Shown in pieces: positions 9,656 through 17,583 of a DNA stretch of 64,000 bases (position 1 is the first letter of the stretch; the number at the start of each line of letters is the position of its first letter). The translations under genes were made by a program, and so were the position numbers. The DNA is taken from contig JAVEXP010000003.1 of the NCBI GenBank assembly GCA_034003985.1, forward strand, positions 58,643-122,642. Direction: 5' to 3'. The notes beneath the pieces were generated by a model, which saw only the letters and a program-made list of their open reading frames with translations, did not search any database and was not told where the DNA came from. The DNA comes from Patescibacteria group bacterium (GTDB lineage: Bacteria; Patescibacteriota; Patescibacteriia; Buchananbacterales; UBA6539).

Positions 9656-10063
9656 ATCCTTAACAAAAGTTTAGTTAGGTCATAAAATTGCGGCCATTGA
9701 ATAAGACACGACGGACAGCGCCAGATAAACCGGCAAAACAATTGTTGCGGTCAGCACGGTAAAGGCGCGAGTAATGTCAAAATCCATGTCTTGAGCCTGC
9801 TGGAGTTGTTGGCAATCCATAAATTTTTGTTTTTATTTTTTAGTTTCAATTTTTAAGGTTCAAAAAACACGGCTAAACCAAAGTTGTAATTGCGTCCGAA
9901 AGCCGTGTTCTACTTTTTTGGTTTTTTGTTTTATTTAGCCCACAAAATGTTTAGGGGCAAACGCTGCTGGTATTAACCAGTCAGGCAATCTAAAAAGATA
10001 GGGGTTCCCTATCTCAATATAATCAGTATAGCACATCTAAATTTTTTTGTCAAGATTTTAAAA

Positions 10064-10105
10064 TAAAAAAAGACCGGCGCATCGCTTGTTTGCAACGCGC
10101 CGGCA
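10064..10105 (-). terminator. Rho-independent terminator of the GC-rich secreted-protein gene
   Basis: GC-rich stem GACCGGCGC...GCGCCGGC with a 16-nt loop, followed on the minus strand by a T-run (A-run 10064-10071 on the + strand). Confidence 0.65.
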
Positions 10106-10155
10106 CTAAAGAGTTTGACTGTTTTTCGACCTTCAAAGGGTCGATAGCAGCACTG

Positions 10156-11571
10156 CTACTGAATGGGAATGGTGAGGTGAGCCAACGGCTCTACCTCGTT
10201 GCCCGCGCCGTCGGTAAATACCGGCGGACGATTGATGCAGGGGACCTGCCCGCACATTTCGGCGACGGTGTCGGACTGCACCAAGAACAACTCCAGACGA
10301 ACCGCGTCCGAATCCGGCGCAAACGAGATGTCCCAGGTTCCACCGACAATCGGCGAGTAGGCCTCGTCGCCGAAGTTCGGCTTGGCGTAATACGCCTCGT
10401 AGGTTCCGCCGTCACCGTCCGGGTGCTGGGTTACCGAGAACAGCACCAGATCGGCGCAGTTGGCCAAGGACTCAAGGTCCGGGCCAAAAATAACGCCATG
10501 CGACTGCGTGCCGTCGACTTCCGTCGAGAATAAAGTGTACTCGTTGAGATACACCTGCTCGCACGGAAGCAGCTCTCCTTCGCCTTCTCCTTCGCCTTCG
10601 CCCTCACCGGACACATCTTCCTCAAACACGGCTCGCACGGTCTTGTCGCCATCCACGGTTAAGGTGGTAGGATTGGTGGTGCCGGAGACATCCCCCTCCC
10701 AGTGGTCAAAGCGCCAACCAAAGCCATGAATGGCCCAGACTTGCACTTCGGTGCCAGCAGAAAAGTCACACACATGGGCATAGCCACATGGTGCGGGGTC
10801 CGTGGATATTGATCCATCGCCAACGACTTCCTTGGTGACGGTAAAGGTTTGGGTCTCACCTTCGCCCTCACCGGACTCAACACCGGTGACGGTAACGCTC
10901 TGGGAGCCCAACTGGCCGCAGTCATTGCTGACCACGACATACCAAGTCTGAGCCTGGTTGGTAACCCCCACCGAGAGAGGACTGGCGTCTATCGGGCCGA
11001 GAGACAAACCATCTTCTACCCGCCGCCATGAATACATCAGCGTTGGCGTTCCAGTTGCCTCAACATCCAGCGTCACCGTTTCGCCGACCATGGCTTCAAC
11101 CGACTGAGGTTGAACCGTGATTTGTGGCGCTTCGCACTCACCTTCGCCCTCACCTTCCGAGGAACAAGGGCCGGTGGAAACCCAGATCTGAACGGTCACA
11201 CCCGCTTCCACCTCCTGGCCCTGCCCGGGAGAACAGGCAAAAACCACTCCCGGCGCGACATAGTCATGACATTCGTGGGTCACGCTCGTTTGGAAACCGA
11301 GCAGCTCCAACGAAGTCCGAGCCTGGGCTTCCGTCAGTCCCAGCAACACGGGCACCATCACGGCATCCGACTGCCCGGGGCAAAAGCCGTCTTCTGTGGC
11401 TTCGGTCGGGCAATAGTGATACCCGTCCGAGTTGAAGAACTGGATGACGCGCAACAGCTCCGAGAGTTCGATGCGGCTGTCCTCGTTGATATCCGCATCA
11501 TGAAACACCTGAGCCTGCGCCGGGGCCATCATGAAGACGGCCGTCATCACTGCCAAGAACAATTTTCTCAT
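10156..11571 (-). CDS. GC-rich secreted multi-domain surface protein: signal peptide, EF-hand/dockerin-like Ca-binding motif, PASTA domain, I-set Ig-like domain and InlB B-repeat domain, joined by (GE)n linkers
   Basis: A signal peptide MRKLFLAVMTAVFMMAPAQA is preceded by an AAAGGGAAAG RBS. The Ca-binding motif reads DADINEDSRIELSELLRVIQFF. The PASTA-like region reads LGLTEAQARTSLELLGFQTSV...VTVQIWVS. The Ig-like domain reads PQITVQPQSVEAMVGETVTLDVEATGTPTLMYSWRR...WYVVVSNDCGQLGS. The InlB-B-repeat-like domain reads GDGSISTDPAPCGYAHVCDFSAGTEVQVWAIHGFGWRFDHWEGDVSGTTNPTTLTVDGDKTVRAVF. SGEGEGEGEGEGE linkers join the domains. Codon usage is strongly GC3-biased, unlike neighbouring genes. Confidence 0.7.
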   Translation of the reverse strand: MRKLFLAVMTAVFMMAPAQAQVFHDADINEDSRIELSELLRVIQFFNSDGYHYCPTEATEDGFCPGQSDAVMVPVLLGLTEAQARTSLELLGFQTSVTHECHDYVAPGVVFACSPGQGQEVEAGVTVQIWVSTGPCSSEGEGEGECEAPQITVQPQSVEAMVGETVTLDVEATGTPTLMYSWRRVEDGLSLGPIDASPLSVGVTNQAQTWYVVVSNDCGQLGSQSVTVTGVESGEGEGETQTFTVTKEVVGDGSISTDPAPCGYAHVCDFSAGTEVQVWAIHGFGWRFDHWEGDVSGTTNPTTLTVDGDKTVRAVFEEDVSGEGEGEGEGEGELLPCEQVYLNEYTLFSTEVDGTQSHGVIFGPDLESLANCADLVLFSVTQHPDGDGGTYEAYYAKPNFGDEAYSPIVGGTWDISFAPDSDAVRLELFLVQSDTVAEMCGQVPCINRPPVFTDGAGNEVEPLAHLTIPIQ

Positions 11572-12296
11572 CGCACTTTCCCTTTTTGTTACTAACCAGA
11601 CCACCACGACAAACCCTATTGCCGCAACGGACTAGCCATTTCTGAATTGTATATGGGCACTAACCAAGCACTCCTAGAATTTAATTTCTAGGACTTAGTT
11701 AGAATCTTACTTTTTATCATAAAATCAATATTTTGTCAATAGCAAGCATTATAAATCACTAATTTTAGCAAATTTACTCCATAATAAAAGCGGCCGAAAG
11801 AGAGTTAAACCCCGAAACTTTGTTGATGCTAGGGTGCTCCTTTCGAGCCGCAAAATCATAATACCATAAAAATTGGCTGATACAAAAATAACGGGTCGTT
11901 GGCGATTTGCCGCTGACCCGTGATTTGACCTGTTGTCTCAGTTTTTTCCCGTTTTTAAAGCGGTGCGGGCGCCGCTTCTATTTTTTTGTCTGCACTCTAG
12001 GGCAATCAAGATGGGCAGATCTCTAGCCCATAGCGCAAACGCGGATAGCTTAGCGATCCGCTAAATCGCCAGGCAAATTAAGAGAGGCTCAAGCCTCTCC
12101 CCCGGGGCCGCCTGGCCCTCCCCGAGTTACTGGGTGCTCTTGTGCATGGACCCTCCTCCCTCATCAGTTGTTGAAAGCTTCACCAAAACCACAGCAATTA
12201 GCAGACTAACAAAAAACACCAACCAAGTCAATAATATTTACAGCTATGGTAAAGACGGCTAAGATAAAAGCAACCACACTAAACGGAGGAGTGCCA

Positions 12297-12473
12297 ATGA
12301 AGAATACTGATGATGGCGACAAATCATTGGATTTTTACAGCCTACTGGAAGAGGGAATGTTTGCGGAGGGACAACAGTGGCCTTGGTTTGAATGCCCAGA
12401 TTTGCGGTTCAGACATCAGCTGAACCAAAAGACCTTGAGATCAATTCCTCAGACAGCAGACTATTCAAACTAA
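12297..12473 (+). CDS. Small hypothetical protein (58 aa) in a GC-elevated region
   Basis: ATG is preceded by GGAGGAG at a 6-nt spacing. The product is MKNTDDGDKSLDFYSLLEEGMFAEGQQWPWFECPDLRFRHQLNQKTLRSIPQTADYSN. A perfect 13-bp hairpin follows immediately (12480-12508). No recognisable domain. Confidence 0.35.
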   Translation: MKNTDDGDKSLDFYSLLEEGMFAEGQQWPWFECPDLRFRHQLNQKTLRSIPQTADYSN

Positions 12474-12479
12474 ACTAAT

Positions 12480-12508
12480 GGGCCCGGTTGGCAAAGCCAA
12501 CCGGGCCC
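12480..12508. terminator. Perfect 13-bp GC-rich hairpin (GGGCCCGGTTGGC-aaa-GCCAACCGGGCCC), likely a bidirectional terminator or insulator
   Basis: Read directly from the sequence. No strong T-run on the + side. Confidence 0.5.
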
Positions 12509-12739
12509 TCATTAATTGAACGAAAAGAAACCAACAAAAAAATAAGTTATAAAGAAAACACCTCGAAGTAAAACCACAAGGTGTTTCCCAAGTTTCTAGG
12601 TTATACCTAGCATCAACAAACCAATCCTAGCACAACTCTTAATTTTTGTCAAGCTTTAACCGAATTTAAAATCATCCATCAAAATTGCTTTTTGGGCTTA
12701 AGTCTTTTACAATAACTAAGGCGAATAAATAAAAAATCC

Positions 12740-14263
12740 ATGCCAACAATTGATGATTTGATAAAAGCCCTAAAAAACGGCGATGGTCAAAGAAACCAGC
12801 CAAAAATCCCCTTCCCCAACTTCAATCGGAATAACAAGAATGGGTATGATTTTGATTTCATTAAATTAGCCTACGAATACTCCGAGCAGGCCCATCATGG
12901 TCAAACGCGCAAATCCGGCGAGCCATATATTCAGCATCCTTTGCGAACCGCCATTCAATTGGCCAACATGAAGCTTGACCAAGCAACAATTATCGCCGGA
13001 TTATTACATGATGTTCCCGAGGACACTGACTACAGTTTGGTTGATATTGAGAAAAATTTTGGCCCCGAAATCGCCAAATTGGTTGGCGGCATCACCAAAC
13101 TTGGCATCATTAAATATCGTGGGATTGAGAAATATGCGGAAAATCTGCGCAAGATGTTTGTCTCCATGGCCCAGGACATCAGAATCATCCTGATTAAGAT
13201 GGCCGATCGACTGGACAACTTGCGAACCCTTGATGCCTTGCCCAAAGAAAAACAAAAACGGATTGCGGCTGAAAGCCTGGAAATCTATGCCCCGATTGCC
13301 AACCGTTTGGGTATGGGATCAATCAAAGGTGAAATTGAAGACTTGGCTTTTCCTTATGTTTACCCGGAAAAGTACCAATGGCTGGAACAAGAAATCATAC
13401 CAGCCATTAAAGTTGAAATGGAATACATCCAAAAAGTAATCAAAACCATTGAAAAAGAACTCAGACAAAATAAAATCAAGATTGTTTCGATTCATGGCCG
13501 GGCCAAACGGCTTTACAGCCTCTACCGCAAATTGATCAGGCCGCAATACGACGGCGATGTCTCCAAAATTTATGATTTGGTGGCTCTAAGAATACTGGTC
13601 CCAACCGTCGGCGATTGTTATCACGCTTTGGGAATTGTCCATGAAAATTGGAAACCTCTGCCGGGCAGAATTAAGGACTACATTTCCCAGCCAAAACCAA
13701 ACGGTTATCAATCACTACACTCCACCGTTTTTGGTCCGGAGGGCAAGATTGTCGAAGTTCAAATCAGGACTCCAGAAATGCACCATCAAGCCGAGTTTGG
13801 TATCGCCGCCCACTGGCACTACAAAGAAACCAATCATAGATCAAAAAAACTTGGCGACAAGGGCTATACCCTGCCAAAAAAATTGGACTGGGTCCAAGAT
13901 TTGGTAAAATGGCAGGAAGAAATCAGGGACAACGAACAATATCTTAAAGCTCTGACTTTGGATTTTTTCCAGAATCGAATTTTTGTTTTCACTCCCAAGG
14001 GTGATGTCATTGACCTGCCTGAAAATGCCACGCCGGTTGATTTTGCTTATCATGTCCACAGTTGGATCGGCGATCATTGTGTTGGCGCCAAAATCAACGG
14101 CCAAATAACCAGTCTGGATGATAAATTAAAAAACGGCGATGTCGTCGAAATCATCACCGATAAAAATCGCAAAGGCCCCAGCCGGGACTGGCTTAAATTT
14201 GTCAAAACCGGCGCAGCCAAAGGAAAAATCAAATCAAAATACCTCAGCCAGATAATCGACTGA
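12740..14263 (+). CDS. rel: Short RelA/SpoT-homolog (p)ppGpp synthetase/hydrolase with HD, synthetase and TGS domains, lacking the C-terminal ACT/regulatory region
   Basis: The HD motif HHGQTRKSGEPYIQHPLRTA...LLHDVPEDT is followed by the synthetase region RAKRLYSLYRKL...DLVALRILV and the TGS domain FVFTPKGDVIDLPENATPVDFAYHVHSWIGDHCVGAKINGQ. The 507-aa length ends about 40 aa after TGS. Confidence 0.8.
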   Translation: MPTIDDLIKALKNGDGQRNQPKIPFPNFNRNNKNGYDFDFIKLAYEYSEQAHHGQTRKSGEPYIQHPLRTAIQLANMKLDQATIIAGLLHDVPEDTDYSLVDIEKNFGPEIAKLVGGITKLGIIKYRGIEKYAENLRKMFVSMAQDIRIILIKMADRLDNLRTLDALPKEKQKRIAAESLEIYAPIANRLGMGSIKGEIEDLAFPYVYPEKYQWLEQEIIPAIKVEMEYIQKVIKTIEKELRQNKIKIVSIHGRAKRLYSLYRKLIRPQYDGDVSKIYDLVALRILVPTVGDCYHALGIVHENWKPLPGRIKDYISQPKPNGYQSLHSTVFGPEGKIVEVQIRTPEMHHQAEFGIAAHWHYKETNHRSKKLGDKGYTLPKKLDWVQDLVKWQEEIRDNEQYLKALTLDFFQNRIFVFTPKGDVIDLPENATPVDFAYHVHSWIGDHCVGAKINGQITSLDDKLKNGDVVEIITDKNRKGPSRDWLKFVKTGAAKGKIKSKYLSQIID

Positions 14264-15104
14264 CTAAATTATCCAGTTCTTCGCTTGAAAAAAATTCAAT
14301 CACAATTTGTCCGGATTCTCCGGATTTTTTGACATTAACCTTAGTGCCTAACGCGGCCTGCAGCCGGTCTTCCAAGGCGGTAATATTGGGATCCTTGGCC
14401 CGGCGAACATGGCGGCGAACAACAATTTTTTTGGCCTGATTTTCTGCGGCTCTAACCGTCAAATCCTGTTTCAAAACTTTCTGAAAAAATTTCAAGCGTT
14501 CCTGGGGAGGCAGACCAACAATCAAGCGCGCCGTGCTAAAGTTAATTTTACCGCTGGCTAAAGCTTTCTGAATTTCTGTCGGCAAAGTCAGCAACCGCAA
14601 AATATTGGTAACCGCCGAGCGGCTTTTGCCGACCCGCTTTGCCGCTTCTTCCTGAGTCAGACTAAATTCATCAATCAAGCGCTGATAAGCCACGGCTTCT
14701 TCAATCGGGGTTAAATCCTTACGCTGAATATTTTCAACTAAGGCTAATTCAAGCTTCTGCTGTTCGGCTAAATTACGAATGATGGCTGGAACCGTCTTTA
14801 ATTCCAAAATTTGAGAGGCGCGCAATCGTCGTTCACCGGCAATCACTTCATAATTATCACCACTGGGAACCAAGATTAACGGCTGTAAAATACCATGTTC
14901 CTTAATGGAATTGGTAAGCTCTTCCAAACTCTCATGATCAAAACTACTGCGCGGCTGTAAAGGATTAGCCTTAATTTTATTAATTGGCACTTGGGCAATT
15001 GATTCAGAAATCAGAATTTTTGAATCCTGCGGGATGATTTGTTTGTCGATTTTAGGCGGAATTAAGGAGCCTAGCCCCTTGCCTAGACCTTGAGGTTTTG
15101 CCAT
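14244..15104 (-). CDS. parB: Chromosome partitioning protein ParB (Spo0J)
   Basis: ParB box GILQPLILVP...YEVIAGERRLRASQILELKTVPAIIRNL with an HTH. The 3' end overlaps rel convergently by 20 bp. Confidence 0.9.
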   Translation of the reverse strand: MAKPQGLGKGLGSLIPPKIDKQIIPQDSKILISESIAQVPINKIKANPLQPRSSFDHESLEELTNSIKEHGILQPLILVPSGDNYEVIAGERRLRASQILELKTVPAIIRNLAEQQKLELALVENIQRKDLTPIEEAVAYQRLIDEFSLTQEEAAKRVGKSRSAVTNILRLLTLPTEIQKALASGKINFSTARLIVGLPPQERLKFFQKVLKQDLTVRAAENQAKKIVVRRHVRRAKDPNITALEDRLQAALGTKVNVKKSGESGQIVIEFFSSEELDNLVSRLSG

Positions 15105-15107
15105 AGT

Positions 15108-15881
15108 TTAAAAAATATAATTTTCTTGCTCAATTATTTCCCCGGCAAGCTGCTCGTAAGCCTTGCCACCAGGAGAACTTGAATCATAAGATAAAATTGT
15201 CTGACCATAACTAGGCGATTCGGTCAGCCGGACATTGCGCGGAACGATGGTACTAAACAACCGGTGCGGAAAATGTTGACGCAGCTCTTCCAAAACCTGA
15301 AAAGAAAGCTTGTTGCGCTTGTCATACATGGTAACCACGGCACCCAAGATGGTTAATTCCGGCCGTAAATTTTCCTTAACCAGATTAACGGTGTTAAGCA
15401 ATTGACCCAAGCCTTCCAAAGCCAAATATTCGGCCTGGACCGGGATCATCACTTCTTTAGCCGCCACTAAGCCGTTAATAGTCAATAGATCCAAAGACGG
15501 CGGACAGTCAATCAAGATATAATCATAGTCGTTGCTGACTTCCAGCAAAGAATCGCGCAGCTTATACTCTCGATTTTCCGCGCCGACTAGTTCAACCCGG
15601 GCACCGGCTAAATCCTGAGTCGAGGGGGCCAATTTATAACCCTGATGATGAGTACCAACCGTAATTTCCCGAAATGAAACGGGACTAAAAAGCGTATGGT
15701 ACACCCCTTTTTCCAACCCGGCAGGATTAACACCAAGGCCGGAGGTGGCATTGGCCTGCGGATCAAGATCAACTAACAAAACAAACTTACCCAGCCAAGC
15801 CAAGTAAGCTCCTAAGTTTACTGCAGTGGTCGTCTTACCAACACCACCTTTTTGATTAACGATCGCAATAATCCTTGCCAT
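15108..15881 (-). CDS. parA: Chromosome partitioning ATPase ParA (Soj)
   Basis: A deviant Walker A (IIAIVNQKGGVGKTTTAVNLGAYLA) and typical ParA downstream motifs are present. The gene lies directly upstream of parB. Confidence 0.9.
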   Translation of the reverse strand: MARIIAIVNQKGGVGKTTTAVNLGAYLAWLGKFVLLVDLDPQANATSGLGVNPAGLEKGVYHTLFSPVSFREITVGTHHQGYKLAPSTQDLAGARVELVGAENREYKLRDSLLEVSNDYDYILIDCPPSLDLLTINGLVAAKEVMIPVQAEYLALEGLGQLLNTVNLVKENLRPELTILGAVVTMYDKRNKLSFQVLEELRQHFPHRLFSTIVPRNVRLTESPSYGQTILSYDSSSPGGKAYEQLAGEIIEQENYIF

Positions 15882-15887
15882 AGCTTA

Positions 15888-15938
15888 ATTATAGTTGAAA
15901 AATAAACCTTTGACAATTATTATTTTTTTCATTATACT
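15888..15938. promoter_or_regulatory. Overlapping divergent consensus sigma70 promoters
   Basis: The + strand promoter is TTGACA (15910-15915), 17-nt spacer, TATACT (15933-15938). The minus-strand promoter for parA is TTGTCA (revcomp of 15911-15916), 17-nt spacer, TATAAT (revcomp of 15888-15893). Its -10 ends 6 nt before the parA ATG at 15881, with no SD upstream, implying a leaderless parA mRNA. Confidence 0.55.
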
Positions 15939-16139
15939 GTGTTTTGTAGTCGCTTAAGGCTCTTTTTGGTCTTTAGCTCCAATTTAAAATCGAACGGCGA
16001 CACCCTTTTCTGATAAGCCAATTGATAGCCCTTTTAAACTTATTTTAGTCGAACCTTATAAAAGCAGAAAGGAAGCCGGGAATAGAGAAAAATATCTCAA
16101 GTCAGGAAGCGGAAAAGAATTTTTAGAAAGCTTAATCAA

Positions 16140-16225
16140 GCCCGAGTGGCGGAACTGGTAGACGCGCACGACTCAAAATCGTGTGGACTCTGTCCGTGAG
16201 AGTTCGAGTCTCTCCTCGGGCACCA
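16140..16225 (+). tRNA. tRNA-Leu (anticodon CAA) with a long variable arm and encoded CCA
   Basis: Acceptor GCCCGAG/CTCGGGC, anticodon stem CACGA/TCGTG, loop CTCAAAA, variable-arm hairpin GGACTCTGTCC, T-arm GAGTTCGAGTCTC, ending ACCA. Confidence 0.85.
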
Positions 16226-16235
16226 TAAAAATCTT

Positions 16236-16727
16236 ATGGAGCCAACACCGATCGTAAACAAAATAATAAGCCAGCCGTTTGTCATCAGCGGTTGTATTAT
16301 TAAAAACGGCGATCAATTTTTACTGGTTCAGGAAGCCCGCAAAGAAAGGGGCAAGTGGAACCAACCGGCCGGTTGGCTCGACTTTGGCGAAAAAATTATT
16401 GATGGCGCCAAACGCGAAGCCAAAGAAGAAACCGGTTTAGAAATTAAAATTACTGGGCTTCTGGGAATTTATTCCCTGATCAAACACCAAGACGGCAAGA
16501 TTTATCACGCGGTAAAATTTATTTTCGCCGCTGAAGCGTTGACTAATGATATAAAATTCGATCCCGAGGAGCTAATAGCTGTAAAATGGTTTAGCCTTGA
16601 TGAAATAAAAAAGTTAAAAGCAGAAAGGATTCTAAGAGATCACGACATTATTAATGAAATCCAAGATTACCTTGACGGTAAAATTTATCCGACAGAAATA
16701 GTTGATAAATATTACGAACAAGTTTGA
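16236..16727 (+). CDS. NUDIX hydrolase
   Basis: Nudix box GEKIIDGAKREAKEETGLEI (GX5EX7REUXEEXGU) in a 163-aa protein. Confidence 0.8.
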   Translation: MEPTPIVNKIISQPFVISGCIIKNGDQFLLVQEARKERGKWNQPAGWLDFGEKIIDGAKREAKEETGLEIKITGLLGIYSLIKHQDGKIYHAVKFIFAAEALTNDIKFDPEELIAVKWFSLDEIKKLKAERILRDHDIINEIQDYLDGKIYPTEIVDKYYEQV

Positions 16728-16753
16728 CAATTGAACAGATTACTATTATACTG

Positions 16754-16828
16754 GCAAAATCGACGCGGGATAGAGCAGTAGCAGCTCGCCAGGCCCATAA
16801 CCTGGAGGTCGGGGGTGCAAATCCCCCT
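16754..16828 (+). tRNA. tRNA-Met (anticodon CAT), initiator-like (C1:A72 mismatch) with encoded CCA
   Basis: Acceptor CGCGGGA/TCCCGCA leaves C1 opposite A72, the bacterial initiator hallmark. Anticodon stem CCAGG/CCTGG with loop CCCATAA, T-arm GGGGGTGCAAATCCCCC. Confidence 0.75.
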
Positions 16829-16872
16829 CCCGCAACCAAATAAAAATAATTTACCCGATATAAAGACTTCGC

Positions 16873-16949
16873 GGCGAGGTAGCTCAGTTGGTTAGAGCGA
16901 AGGAATCATAACCCTTAGGTCGTGGGTTCGAATCCCACCCTCGCTACCA
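16873..16949 (+). tRNA. tRNA with CAT anticodon (elongator Met or Ile2-lysidine type) with encoded CCA
   Basis: Acceptor GGCGAGG/CCTCGCT, D-arm AGCTCAGTTGGTTAGAGC, anticodon loop ATCATAA, T-arm GTGGGTTCGAATCCCAC. Met versus Ile2 cannot be decided from the sequence alone. Confidence 0.7.
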
Positions 16950-17067
16950 GACCCAAAAAATCAGCAATAAATCAGCAATTCTCTAGGTCAGGGGATTTTT
17001 TTGTTGTCCAAAAAAAATAAATTTGATAAAATATAAAAGTAATCAACAACTAACCAACTTAATAAAT

Positions 17068-17544
17068 ATGTATTTAACAATCCACGCGGCCGCCGGCGCC
17101 CTAATTGGCACCTATGTTGAAAACTCGCTAATTTCATTCATTGTGGGGTTTATGTCTCACTTCTTTTTAGATATGCTCCCGCACAAAGACGGCGAATTGC
17201 CGACCAAAACCCACAGCGCCAAAGCTTTGAGAAAACTGTATTTCAGTAAAATTGTCGGATTGATTTACTTTGACATCTCTATGGCTATCATCGTCGCTGG
17301 CGCATTATTTACCAATAATATCCAATTTTTAACTAAGCCAATCATTTGGGGAATGATCGGCGCGATTTTACCCGATGTTTTCCAAGCTTTAAGCTTTTTC
17401 TTTGCCAAAAATAAGATTCTTCGCAAATTCAACGAGTTTCACAATTTCATCCATTACTCTCCCCAGCAGCCGATTTCTTTTATTAATGGCCATCTCACCC
17501 AGCTAGCCACCTTGATTATTTTGATCAGGCCGTTGCTGATCTAA
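17068..17544 (+). CDS. Membrane-bound metal-dependent hydrolase-like protein (YdjM/DUF457-like), paralog 1
   Basis: MYLTIHAAAGALIG...SHFFLDMLPHKDG and GAILPDVF resemble the YdjM H..G/SH.L.DMLT/LPD motifs. The protein has three or four TM helices. The ORF-track start at 17023 is probably upstream of the real ATG (MYLTIH). Confidence 0.4.
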   Translation: MYLTIHAAAGALIGTYVENSLISFIVGFMSHFFLDMLPHKDGELPTKTHSAKALRKLYFSKIVGLIYFDISMAIIVAGALFTNNIQFLTKPIIWGMIGAILPDVFQALSFFFAKNKILRKFNEFHNFIHYSPQQPISFINGHLTQLATLIILIRPLLI

Positions 17545-17583
17545 TCAAACAATAACCGACCGGAATCACCGGGATCTTTACTT

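Noticed and set aside
10090-11595. Multiple 60-160-aa ORFs on the + strand (10090..10533, 10460..10729, 10849..11031, 11110..11595, 11124..11435) and short minus-strand ORFs inside the GC-rich adhesin gene
   Set aside because: High-GC DNA is stop-codon-poor in all frames. These ORFs lack SDs and domains, and are fully nested in or antisense to a 471-aa ORF that has a signal peptide, an RBS and recognisable domains.
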